A DNA stretch of 24,000 bases from Izhakiella australiensis (GCF_002006995.1 NZ_MRUL01000027.1:8626-32625); one strand, 5' to 3'. Shown: positions 1 to 11,679, numbered from the stretch's first letter. Translations and numbers: made by a program. The notes: generated by a model from the sequence alone, not told the origin.

Positions 1-114
1 CATATTGATTGTGGCATTAAGAACAGAACCACCAAAAGTATCACTGTAGGGGGAGACATCCGTTCCACCACCCGCGATACCTAAACGAAGAGGAGCTTTG
101 CTTCTGACTTTCAT
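1..114 (-). CDS. GHMP-family sugar kinase, first 38 codons only (gene runs off the window); HddA-like D-glycero-D-manno-heptose 7-phosphate kinase candidate
   Basis: My translation of the minus strand from ATG (112-114) gives [38 protein letters not shown]. The PLRLGxAGGGTD motif is the N-terminal GHMP-kinase signature. The gene starts 15 nt after the stop of the dehydratase gene on the same strand. Confidence 0.6.
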   Translation of the reverse strand, partial: MKVRSKAPLRLGIAGGGTDVSPYSDTFGGSVLNATINM

Positions 115-129
115 GGACTATACACTCAG

Positions 130-1158
130 TTATCGGTTTAAAGGGATACGTCCTGAAGAAATTTCGGATCTCCAGTGTTGGAGTAAGTCGCGAAACATAT
201 CAGATGCTTTAATTTCAGGTTTCCAGTCAATAAAATTCTTTATTTTAGTATTATCGAACATTTGATAATCTGCATCAATTGGTCGCAATCGATCCGTGTC
301 AGTTACAATCTCAATATCATTTCGCGAACTAAAACTTAGCAAAAGCTCTATAACTTCGGTCAGTTTAAATGCTTCTTCACCGGCAATATTGAATGCCTCG
401 CCATTAGGAACCCCCCCAGCCTCACTTTTGCAGGCTAGTAAATAATAAGCGCGTACTGCATCACGTGCATCCTGAAAGGTTCGGACACTTGCAAGATTTC
501 CAACTTTTAATTTCGGCTCCTGATGTCCTGCTTCAATCAAAGCAATTTGTTTCGCAACGGTGCTTTCGAAGAAGACATCACTTCTACGTGGACCTGTATG
601 TGTCCCCATTCGGGTAACAAAGGTACGAATGCCGTAAGCTTCTCCATAAAATCGGCCAAGATAATCCGTCCCAATTTTACTAATACTATAAGGACTTGCA
701 CCATGAAACTGAGTATCTTCGTTAAGTGCTTCCCCTACTTTAGCTCTCCCATATACTTCACTTGAAGAACATACATGTACAACAGGATTATAGCCATGTT
801 GCTGCTTAAGTTTTCTAACGCATTCAAGTAAATTCGCAGTGCCAATGATATTCGTCTGAAGGGTTTCTATGGGAATATCGAAAGAAGTCCGCGGGAATGA
901 TTGCGCAGCTAAGTGAAAAATAAATTTCGGTCTCGTAGACTCTATTAAGTTATATATAGAGACATAATCATTAAGGTCTGCATATTTAATAAAAACGCGA
1001 TCTTTTCTATTGATCCTATCTGTCAGATGGTAGATGTTATCCATTGGCTCCTGCCAGCGCATCATGCCAATAACAGCATCATCAGTTTTATCAATAATAT
1101 AATCAGCTAATTGTGATCCAACCTGACCTGTAAATCCCGTTATTAATACATTATTCAT
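130..1158 (-). CDS. GDP-sugar 4,6-dehydratase (extended SDR, Gmd family); DmhA-like GDP-D-glycero-D-manno-heptose 4,6-dehydratase candidate
   Basis: ORF 130..1167. N-terminal Rossmann motif LITGFTGQVGS and catalytic SSSEVYG...YSISK pattern. The likely true start is the ATG at 1156-1158 (MNNVLITG), preceded by AAGGAG. The ORF-track start at 1167 is a GTG overlapping the upstream stop. Confidence 0.8.
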   Translation of the reverse strand: MNNVLITGFTGQVGSQLADYIIDKTDDAVIGMMRWQEPMDNIYHLTDRINRKDRVFIKYADLNDYVSIYNLIESTRPKFIFHLAAQSFPRTSFDIPIETLQTNIIGTANLLECVRKLKQQHGYNPVVHVCSSSEVYGRAKVGEALNEDTQFHGASPYSISKIGTDYLGRFYGEAYGIRTFVTRMGTHTGPRRSDVFFESTVAKQIALIEAGHQEPKLKVGNLASVRTFQDARDAVRAYYLLACKSEAGGVPNGEAFNIAGEEAFKLTEVIELLLSFSSRNDIEIVTDTDRLRPIDADYQMFDNTKIKNFIDWKPEIKASDMFRDLLQHWRSEISSGRIPLNR

Positions 1159-1163
1159 AAAAA

Positions 1164-1997
1164 TCACTCCTTACATACTGCCAAATATGACTCAAGAGAT
1201 CTATTAATAATAGATTCCAAGAAAATGCTCTTAGTATGGATTTTTTTAGGACGTCCCTGCCAAAATGACTCAGGGGCATCAATAAATTTGAAACTTAAAC
1301 TATGATATTTTTCTTTGACAATCGCCGTAACGATATCTTGTCGGCTAACCAGACTATTCCCTGAAAAATTCACTACTCTGGTATTGATTTTTTCCCAATT
1401 AGTAATAATATTTCTAATACCGCTTAAAACATCGTTTATCATGATCACACTTCTTTCAAAGCCGTCGAAGACAGCAAGCGTTTTACCGTTATTATAATAA
1501 TCATCAATCATTAAAGTAAACTTGTCACCTTTCCCTAAAACATATGAAAATCTAGTTACAAAGAAATTATTATTATCATGAAAATAATCTTCAACCTCAG
1601 ATTTCATTTGACCATACTTTCCAAATGGTCTCTTTTCATCTCGCTCATCACAGATATTTTTTGCATTACCAAAAACAGCATCACTCGATGAGAAAATAAC
1701 TTTAACTTTTTTCTCCAGAAGCATTGATGTTAATAGGATTGTTTTCCTTACATTAATATCAAATGCATACTCATAATTTTTTTCGCATAAATCAGGTGCA
1801 GAAATAGCCGAAAGAAAAACTAACGTATCGTTGGCATTTATTTTATCTACAAGTTCATCAAAATTATTACTTTCAAGATCAAATATTACATCAGAATTTT
1901 TTCTGCCAAGCGTAACAACCTCGAAATCATCACGAAGAAAAGCTGCCAGATGAGAGCCTATATACCCTGTAGCCCCCAATATAAATACTCTTTTCAT
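1164..1997 (-). CDS. NAD(P)-dependent SDR reductase/epimerase; DmhB-like GDP-4-keto-6-deoxy-heptose reductase candidate
   Basis: 277 aa ORF with the N-terminal motif ILGATGYIGSHL. It lies directly upstream of, and is coupled to, the Gmd-like dehydratase gene. Low GC like the rest of the cluster. Confidence 0.7.
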   Translation of the reverse strand: MKRVFILGATGYIGSHLAAFLRDDFEVVTLGRKNSDVIFDLESNNFDELVDKINANDTLVFLSAISAPDLCEKNYEYAFDINVRKTILLTSMLLEKKVKVIFSSSDAVFGNAKNICDERDEKRPFGKYGQMKSEVEDYFHDNNNFFVTRFSYVLGKGDKFTLMIDDYYNNGKTLAVFDGFERSVIMINDVLSGIRNIITNWEKINTRVVNFSGNSLVSRQDIVTAIVKEKYHSLSFKFIDAPESFWQGRPKKIHTKSIFLESIINRSLESYLAVCKE

Positions 1998-2062
1998 ATA
2001 AGAACCTATTTTCAGAATAAAATATATAATTGAAATCGAATTTATTTAGCTGCCTAATTAAT

Positions 2063-3037
2063 TCAATAACCAATTGTTATTTTTATACTTTCTTTGTTGT
2101 CATTCTTTCTTTGCAAAAAGATATGATAGCTATCGTCATGAAACATTCTAATCCAAAAGCCATTATCTTTAACTATCACCTTGTCACTATGACCAGATTT
2201 CGTCTCGAAATATACATCTGATATATCTTCTTCCATAATAAAATTAAGGTCAGAATAGTTAGGCGATGGATTCACACTATCAACCTTAAATGCAACGACA
2301 TTATTATTGACGTATTCATGAAGATGCAGGCCGTAGCTTGTTAGTTTCATTATCAAATTATACTTGTTATAAACGCTTTCACTAGGACCTTCAAATAATA
2401 CGACGCCATTTTCAATGCAGACTAAACGGTCTGAAAGCTGTTTTAATTGGGCTTCATCATGTGAGACGATGACAACTGTAGTGTCTGACTTAATTTTCTC
2501 TCTTATACTTTTCTTTGCTTTCTCCGCAAATGTCACATCTCCAACCCCAAGCACCTCATCAATGAGAAGAACTTCCGGTGTAGTATACATTGCAATAGAA
2601 AAACCCAGACGAGCTAACATACCAGAAGAGTAGTTCTTAATTGGCTTTTCAAAAAAATCATTTAATTCAGAATATTTTTTAATGCTTTCGATAATGGTTT
2701 TTATATAGGAAAGACGATGTCCCAACACCATCCCACTGAATATTGTATTCTGACGACCAGATAAATTTGGATCAAATCCAGCCTGAAGTGCCATAAGTGA
2801 AATGCTATTTGAATGTATTTTAATATCGCCAGAGTCCGGCTTAATTATCCCAGCCAGCACTCTCAGCAATGTCGATTTGCCAGCACCATTTCTTCCAATA
2901 ATTCCCAAAGTTTCGCCTTTATATAGATCGAAAGAAATATTTTTAAGTGCAGTATATTCATCATAGGTAAATAATGTCTTTTTTTCCCTGTAAGTAACTT
3001 CGACATTTTTTAATTCAATTATTTTTTCATTACTCAT
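2063..3037 (-). CDS. wzt: Polysaccharide ABC exporter ATP-binding protein Wzt, with a roughly 85 aa C-terminal extension
   Basis: Walker A GRNGAGKST, ABC signature YSSGMLARLGF, Walker B LLIDEVL. 4-nt overlap with the upstream wzm (3034-3037). Confidence 0.9.
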   Translation of the reverse strand: MSNEKIIELKNVEVTYREKKTLFTYDEYTALKNISFDLYKGETLGIIGRNGAGKSTLLRVLAGIIKPDSGDIKIHSNSISLMALQAGFDPNLSGRQNTIFSGMVLGHRLSYIKTIIESIKKYSELNDFFEKPIKNYSSGMLARLGFSIAMYTTPEVLLIDEVLGVGDVTFAEKAKKSIREKIKSDTTVVIVSHDEAQLKQLSDRLVCIENGVVLFEGPSESVYNKYNLIMKLTSYGLHLHEYVNNNVVAFKVDSVNPSPNYSDLNFIMEEDISDVYFETKSGHSDKVIVKDNGFWIRMFHDDSYHIFLQRKNDNKESIKITIGY

Positions 3038-3807
3038 TTCTGCACCACTCTTGGAAAAATAAATTCTAATTTTTTGAATGCATATAATGAGATAGAAATT
3101 AACGACAGGGAGAGAATAATAACATATCCGAGTAATTTAATATCAGGCGCATTGTGATACATCAGTACATCTCTATATGAACTTAATATCACAGCCATCG
3201 GATTAATAAAGAATACTTTAGTCTCCATAGATGGGATAACTTTGTAGTTAAAAAATATCCCGGAGCAGAACATCATTATTTGCAGACTAGTTTCAATTAC
3301 AAAAGAAAAATCACGAACAAATGGCACAATTAACGACACAATCAAAGAAAACGCAATAATTAGTAATAACTGAATCAATATGACTGGAATAATCCATAAC
3401 AGTCCAAAATTATAGTCATAGCCATATAGCAATAAAAAAATAAGTAAAAGCATGAACACTAGCAATTGCTTTATAGCATCTTGTAATACGAAAGTCATAG
3501 GGAAGAAAATTTTCGGGATATGCACTTGATTCATCAAATACTTACCTTGAATAATACTGCCTTGTGCATGACTTACGCTGCGCCCAAACCATATCCATGG
3601 GATTAATCCTGTAAGCAAGAAGGGTACATAATCAGGCCCCCCTTGTTTTAATAAAAACGAAAAAACCAAATAATATATAGCCATCTGAAGGATTGGTTCA
3701 ATAATCCACCATGCGTAGCTTAAATAATTTATTGATGCTTCTGATTTAAGGTTTAACTTTGCTTTTACCCAAACCAGCTCAAAAGTTCTAAAATAAAATT
3801 TGCTCAT
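3034..3807 (-). CDS. wzm: Polysaccharide ABC exporter permease (ABC-2 type) Wzm
   Basis: 257 aa, highly hydrophobic with about 6 predicted TM segments. Paired with wzt, which is the typical Wzm/Wzt arrangement. Confidence 0.85.
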   Translation of the reverse strand: MSKFYFRTFELVWVKAKLNLKSEASINYLSYAWWIIEPILQMAIYYLVFSFLLKQGGPDYVPFLLTGLIPWIWFGRSVSHAQGSIIQGKYLMNQVHIPKIFFPMTFVLQDAIKQLLVFMLLLIFLLLYGYDYNFGLLWIIPVILIQLLLIIAFSLIVSLIVPFVRDFSFVIETSLQIMMFCSGIFFNYKVIPSMETKVFFINPMAVILSSYRDVLMYHNAPDIKLLGYVIILSLSLISISLYAFKKLEFIFPRVVQK

Positions 3808-3808
3808 G

Positions 3809-4663
3809 CTATCTTTTTCTCAAAAGTGCTCTAATATAAATTATTAAGTTGAAATTCTTGAGGCATTGCAAAAAGTGATAAACATAAAGGGAAATAGAAT
3901 ATACGAAATAAGTATCATTTGTTTCCCTACTAAATTTAATACTGTTTCGCAAAATATGCGACAACCGAAAAACGTCATATTTTCTGATGCCACTCTCCAT
4001 ATCATGCGTTACACACAGATTTCCCAAGTAAATACCTGAAGAGGATTTTATTTTTGAAAGTCTATATGTAAATGTCAAATCATCATAATATATAAAATAA
4101 TCAACAGGCACTAAAAGTGATTTTTTGAATTCCCTTTCGTTGACAATGGTTAGCCCAATAAAACTTGCAGCTTCAACTATTTCAGTTTTGTCACCAAACT
4201 TTCTTCTATTTTTTAAATAGTTATACATTTTACCCAGAGAATTAGGAATTATAGTCATGGGGCGATTCATTGTAAGCCTTAAACCAGCCCTGTTCACCAC
4301 TTTAGGTGTTATAAAGGAATATTTATCCCCGTAGCGGCTAACTTCATTATTGAGGGCATCAAGAAAGTGCTGGTCAAAATATGCATCATCATCCAGGAAT
4401 GTTGTCACGAACGATTCATATTTATCTTCAAGATAACTCAACCCTGCTTTGAAGCCATATGATGCTCCCATGTTTTTATTCAGTTGAATCAACCTAATAC
4501 GGGCATCAAAGTGAGACATATTTAACAAAATATTTCTTGTTGCCTGCTCCGAGTTATTATCCACTATAACTAACTCATCGAGCGTTGTAGCAAGAAGGCG
4601 GTTAATAGATTCCTGAAGTTTTGTAGTCCTATTATAGGACACCATTACTACTGTATATATCAT
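3809..4663 (-). CDS. Family 2 glycosyltransferase
   Basis: 284 aa. N-terminal VVMVSYNR...VIVDNNS and a DDD motif (FLDDDAYF), as expected for a GT-A/GT2 fold. Located between the mutase gene and wzm. Confidence 0.8.
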   Translation of the reverse strand: MIYTVVMVSYNRTTKLQESINRLLATTLDELVIVDNNSEQATRNILLNMSHFDARIRLIQLNKNMGASYGFKAGLSYLEDKYESFVTTFLDDDAYFDQHFLDALNNEVSRYGDKYSFITPKVVNRAGLRLTMNRPMTIIPNSLGKMYNYLKNRRKFGDKTEIVEAASFIGLTIVNEREFKKSLLVPVDYFIYYDDLTFTYRLSKIKSSSGIYLGNLCVTHDMESGIRKYDVFRLSHILRNSIKFSRETNDTYFVYSISLYVYHFLQCLKNFNLIIYIRALLRKR

Positions 4664-4665
4664 TT

Positions 4666-6744
<2,079 letters not shown>

Positions 6745-6748
<4 letters not shown>

Positions 6749-7614
6749 TCACCCTTTGCAAAAGCGATAATGTATCTTCCGTACTCATTTTTTTCCATCG
6801 GTAGAGCGTTTTTAAGTACCTGCTCTTTAGTCAGCCAGCCATTTCGAAGTGCAATTTCCTCAAGACAAGACACTTTCAATCCCTGTACATGCTGAATGGT
6901 TTGAACAAAAGATGATGCTTCATTTAAACTTTCATGGGTCCCTGTATCCAGCCAGGCAAAACCACGCCCTAGTAGCTCCACATTCAGAGACCCATCATTC
7001 AGATACATTTCATTAAGCTCTGTTATCTCAAGTTCGCCGCGTATAGATGGTTTAACTTTCTTTGCAAATTCGACCACACGGTTGTCATAAAAATATAGTC
7101 CTGTAACTGCATAATTTGACTTTGGCTTTTTTGGTTTTTCTTCGATTGAGACAACTCGCATTTTATCGTCAAATTCCACAACACCGAAGCGCTCAGGATC
7201 TTTTACCTGATAACCAAAAATTGTAGCTCCATGCGTTCTTTCAACAGCATTTTGCAGAATTTTTCTGAACGATTGTCCATAGAATATATTATCGCCCAGA
7301 ACTAAACATACGTTATCGTCAGCAATAAAGTCTTCGCCAATCAAAAAGGCCTGAGCCAAGCCATCAGGGCTTGGCTGCACTGCATAGGTCAAATGTATGC
7401 CGAAATCACTGCCATCACCCAATAAGCGTTTAAAACTTTCGTTATCTTCTTGTGTTGTTATGATAAGGATATCCTGAATTCCTGCCAACATTAATGTTGA
7501 TAGCGGATAATAAATCATTGGTTTATCATAAATAGGCAACAGCTGCTTTGAGACACCACGTGTTATTGGATAAAGACGGGTGCCAGACCCGCCTGCTAAA
7601 ATTATACCTTTCAT
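6745..7614 (-). CDS. rmlA: Glucose-1-phosphate thymidylyltransferase
   Basis: [18 protein letters not shown]...[25 protein letters not shown] is near-canonical RmlA/RfbA sequence. 289 aa. Confidence 0.95.
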
Positions 7615-7623
7615 TTTTCCAAC

Positions 7624-8712
7624 TTATTTTATCAGACCCAGACGTTCGCGCGCATATGAACCATCGATCACACGTTGCCACCATTCTCTATTATTTATAT
7701 ACCAGCTGACCGTCTTTTTTATTCCCGACTCAAATGTTTCCTGTGGGAGCCAGCCTAATTCATTTTTTATTTTACTGGCATCAATAGCATAACGCCGGTC
7801 ATGACCGGGTCGATCATCGACATAAGTGATTAATTGTGCGAAGCTATTTATATTATTCGGCTTTTCTTCAATAATTTCATCAAGAATTAAACATATCGTT
7901 TTAACAACATCAATATTCTTACGCTCATTATGGCCACCTATATTATAAGTTTCACCTACCGAACTCTCAGTAACGACTTTATATAAAGCTTTGGCATGAT
8001 CATCAACAAACAACCAGTCGCGAATTTGCTCGCCGTTGCCATATACCGGTAGGGGCTTTCCTTCCAATGCATTGAGAATAATCAATGGGATTAATTTCTC
8101 AGGGAAATGATAAGGACCATAATTATTTGAGCAATTAGTAATAACGGTTGGTAGACCATAGGTACGCCGCCATGCCCGTACTAAATGGTCGCTGGAGGCC
8201 TTTGAAGACGAGTAGGGGCTGCTAGGAGCATATGCTGTATTTTCATGAAATAGAGGGAGCTCAGTATCTGCCGGGACCTCATCAGGATGAGGGAGATCCC
8301 CATAGACTTCATCAGTAGAAATATGGTGAAAGCGAAATGCTTGCTTGTGATTTTCATCAAGCGCTGACCAATATTTACGGGAGGTTTCAAGCAGGACATA
8401 AGTCCCGATAATATTGGTCTCAATGAAAGAGGCAGAGCCAGTGATTGAACGGTCTACGTGGCTTTCTGCTGCTAAATGCATGATGGCATCAGGGCGATGC
8501 TCGGCAAAAATGCGCGTCATCTCATTGGCATCACAAATATCTGCCTGCACAAATGCATAACGCTCGCTGTGTTCGATACTCTTTAGCGACTCAAGATTGC
8601 CTGCATAGGTTAATTTATCAACATTAACCACGAAATCTTTTGTATTATTAATAATATAGCGAACGACCGCAGACCCAATAAAACCTGCACCGCCTGTGAC
8701 TAGAATTTTCAC
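7624..8712 (-). CDS. rmlB: dTDP-glucose 4,6-dehydratase
   Basis: [21 protein letters not shown]..., [11 protein letters not shown] and [11 protein letters not shown] motifs are canonical RmlB/RfbB. GTG start at 8710-8712. First gene after the JUMPstart element. Confidence 0.95.
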   Translation of the reverse strand: MKILVTGGAGFIGSAVVRYIINNTKDFVVNVDKLTYAGNLESLKSIEHSERYAFVQADICDANEMTRIFAEHRPDAIMHLAAESHVDRSITGSASFIETNIIGTYVLLETSRKYWSALDENHKQAFRFHHISTDEVYGDLPHPDEVPADTELPLFHENTAYAPSSPYSSSKASSDHLVRAWRRTYGLPTVITNCSNNYGPYHFPEKLIPLIILNALEGKPLPVYGNGEQIRDWLFVDDHAKALYKVVTESSVGETYNIGGHNERKNIDVVKTICLILDEIIEEKPNNINSFAQLITYVDDRPGHDRRYAIDASKIKNELGWLPQETFESGIKKTVSWYINNREWWQRVIDGSYARERLGLIK

Positions 8713-8804
8713 GTCAACTTTTCCGTTTATACTTTCTAAATGACAAGTGGGACGGCAGAGCTATGGTTAACTGCGCCCCTTCGAGCAATTCAATAACTTT
8801 TATG

Positions 8805-8843
8805 CACGCTACCGCCCCTGACTCAACAGCTGCCAGTGCACTG
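8805..8843 (-). promoter_or_regulatory. JUMPstart element containing the ops site (RfaH recruitment) in the leader of the polysaccharide operon
   Basis: The minus strand reads CAGTGCACTGGCAGCTGTTGAGTCAGGGGCGGTAGCGTG. The ops core GGCGGTAGC lies at 8808-8816, about 95 nt upstream of the rmlB start. Confidence 0.85.
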
Positions 8844-10335
8844 CGTACAATCAAGTGTATATAACAGCATCAATACACCAAACCTAGTATCGCTTTCTCC
8901 CAAGTTACAATTGTCTTACCAAATGCCGCCGGAAACAAGAAAAAACCTAAAGGATCTCCGTTTTGTGACGCCCATAATAATTTATTGTTTTAATTGACTT
9001 TTTTACTGAGAAAAGTATCATGAAATCGATGTTGTGATTTAACATATCCAGATCACCTGGTTATGTAATAATCTTTCGATTAACATTTAATCTTATTACC
9101 CTGCCAGATACAACTTACCTGACGATTTTAAACTTCGCTCGTACTGAGGCAGAGTTCACCACTTTAACCAAGGAAATTGTAGCAGATAATCGTCTATGTA
9201 AGACCACTAACATCAGCATAGTAACTTATTGTTTTTAAATGAATTAAATCACCAAGATAACTTTACAGCCTGGCAACCCAAACACTTCCCACCATCCTTC
9301 TGAATCGGTTATAAAAATAGCTTTTAGTAAAATTAGTGTTAATTCACAATGTCCAATAATTTCCACCAAATCATCAGAAATGAATAGTTCTCTTCACTCA
9401 TTATTCAGGGACTTTGTTAGGCTGAAAAACAGAATGCTCCTAAATATTTACGTTACAACATAACATCTTGACAACATCATCATCCGCAACGAATTGGGAT
9501 TGATGTTGTCAGTTATAGAATGAGATGTCGCCACAGGTGAATAGGCAACATTAAAAATTAAAGTAGTGCAGTTACGCCTTATCATGTGGTTTAGTAATGT
9601 ACATATTACTAATGTACATTACTGCCTAAATAAATAATAGAAACCACCACACAAAACAATATTAAAAACCCGATTAATCAAGATGTAATCCATTCAAATA
9701 AACTAACAATTATCCATTACATAAAAAATAAAACAGGTTAAAAATTGCAACGAAGAATAAACTGAAATCACTTCTAATCATCACATTAACTTCCAACGAA
9801 ATATTTACACTGCAGATAACCATCACACAGGACACGACAGCAATCATAATATCATTGAAAATTATGACGTAATAAAAAAAGCACAAACAAGCTAAAAAAA
9901 CCCATTAAAAACATTATTGATACTTCCAAACACCCAACGCGGCACACCCTTAATAAAATAGTTAAAAATACGTACAACCAAAACTATTGACATAATTAAA
10001 CAACATCATTTCACCAATGACCGACCGATGAAATTTCGTATTTCCACCGACTTTAAACACAGCAATCTATTATTTACTGTGACAATCCTAAATCAGTTGA
10101 AACACCATATTAATATGAATAAAAAACCGTTATAATTTAATATTAAAAATGGATAGAATGTTCATTTCCTACCAAGAAGAAACTATCACTATCACATTGC
10201 CTCCAACTTATATTCACTATTGTTTCAGAAAATAAAGATGATATAGTCAATCAAACCCATATCATCATTTCCCGAACAGTTCAAATAACACTTACTTATT
10301 GTCGGGGTTAATCAGACGAGCATAAGGACTTTTTA

Positions 10336-11679
10336 ATGGCAGGTTTTACCTCTCTGGCGTCGTTTCTGGACACCATTCAACAGCGTGATCCACATCAAAT
10401 TGAATTTCAGCAGGCGGTACGTGAAGTCTTTACCTCACTGTGGCCATTTCTGGAACAAAATCCTCGCTATCAGCAGCAGGGCCTGCTGGAACGTCTGGTT
10501 GAACCCGAGCGCGCCATCCAGTTCCGCGTTGCCTGGACTGACGACCGCAGTCAGGTACAGGTAAACCGCGCCTGGCGCGTGCAGTTTAATTCTGCGATTG
10601 GCCCCTTCAAGGGCGGAATGCGCTTCCACCCTTCGGTCAATCTCTCAATCCTGAAGTTCCTCGGCTTTGAACAGACCTTCAAAAATGCGCTGACGACGCT
10701 GCCGATGGGCGGTGCTAAAGGCGGTTCGGACTTTAATCCAAAAGGCAAAAGCGATGCGGAGGTGATGCGCTTCTGCCAGGCGCTGATGACGGAACTATAC
10801 CGCCATCTGGGTCCGGACACTGACGTGCCTGCTGGCGATATCGGCGTCGGCGGTCGCGAAGTCGGCTTTATGGCCGGGATGATGAAGAAACTCTCCAATA
10901 ACACCGCCTGCGTGTTTACCGGTAAAGGCCTGTCGTTTGGCGGCAGCCTAATCCGTCCGGAAGCGACCGGCTATGGCCTGGTGTACTTTACCAATGCGAT
11001 GTTAAAACGCCACGGCCTCGGTTTTGAAGGTAGCCGCGTCGTGGTTTCCGGTGCGGGCAACGTGGCGCAATATGCTATTGAGAAAGCAATGGAGCTTGGT
11101 GCGCGCGTGATCACGGCCTCCGATTCCGCAGGCACGGTGGTGGATGAAGCGGGCTTTACGCCGGAAAAACTGGCTCAGCTGGCGGAAATCAAGAACCAGC
11201 GTTACGGCACCGTGGAAGAGTATGCGCGCGAGCGCCAGCTGACCTATTTGCCCGGACAACAGCCGTGGAGCGTGCCCGCGGATATTGCCCTGCCGTGCGC
11301 AACGCAAAACGAACTGGACCTGCCGGCAGCACAGCTGCTGATCGCCAACGGCGTGAAAGCGGTTGCGGAGGGAGCGAATATGCCGACAACTATTCAGGCG
11401 ACGGACGCGTTCCTTGAGGCTGGGGTACTGTTTGCGCCGGGCAAAGCGGCCAACGCCGGCGGCGTGGCAACCTCAGGCCTGGAAATGGCGCAGAATGCCG
11501 CGCGCCTGGGCTGGAAATCAGAGAAAGTGGACAGTCGATTGCAGCATATCATGCTGGATATTCACCACGCCTGTGTTGAGCACGGTGGAGAAGGCAAACA
11601 GACCCACTATGTCCACGGTGCGAACATTGCTGGCTTTGTTAAGGTCGCCGATGCGATGCTGGCGCAAGGCGTTCTCTAA
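10336..11679 (+). CDS. gdhA: NADP-specific glutamate dehydrogenase
   Basis: 447 aa, collinear with E. coli GdhA as I recall it (LLERLVEPER, KGGMRFHPSVNLSILKFLGFEQTFKNALTTLPMGG, GVATSGLEMAQNAARLGW, ANIAGFVKVADAMLAQGV). Confidence 0.97.
   Translation: MAGFTSLASFLDTIQQRDPHQIEFQQAVREVFTSLWPFLEQNPRYQQQGLLERLVEPERAIQFRVAWTDDRSQVQVNRAWRVQFNSAIGPFKGGMRFHPSVNLSILKFLGFEQTFKNALTTLPMGGAKGGSDFNPKGKSDAEVMRFCQALMTELYRHLGPDTDVPAGDIGVGGREVGFMAGMMKKLSNNTACVFTGKGLSFGGSLIRPEATGYGLVYFTNAMLKRHGLGFEGSRVVVSGAGNVAQYAIEKAMELGARVITASDSAGTVVDEAGFTPEKLAQLAEIKNQRYGTVEEYARERQLTYLPGQQPWSVPADIALPCATQNELDLPAAQLLIANGVKAVAEGANMPTTIQATDAFLEAGVLFAPGKAANAGGVATSGLEMAQNAARLGWKSEKVDSRLQHIMLDIHHACVEHGGEGKQTHYVHGANIAGFVKVADAMLAQGVL

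Noticed and set aside
523-2221. Plus-strand ORFs 523..765, 1315..1497 and 2030..2221, with similar ones at 2415..2633, 5227..5463 and 7580..7792, antisense to the glycan genes. Also the same-strand, out-of-frame minus-strand ORFs 4764..4967 and 8181..8423, nested inside glf and rmlB.
   Set aside because: These are short frames nested within confidently identified genes, either antisense or out of frame on the same strand. They have hydrophobic or low-complexity translations and no independent support.
10028-10135. Small ORFs in the AT-rich spacer: 35 codons from ATG 10028 (MKFRISTDFKHSNLLFTVTILNQLKHHINMNKKPL), 28 codons from ATG 10150, and a 5-codon ORF at 9020
   Set aside because: None has a Shine-Dalgarno sequence at proper spacing. 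AT-rich DNA yields such short frames by chance, and I cannot test conservation here.
10131-10136. TATAAT hexamer about 200 nt upstream of gdhA as the gdhA -10 element
   Set aside because: No acceptable -35 lies at 16-18 bp spacing, where the sequence reads tattaa. The surrounding DNA is so AT-rich that TATAAT-like hexamers are expected by chance, so I have left it uncalled.
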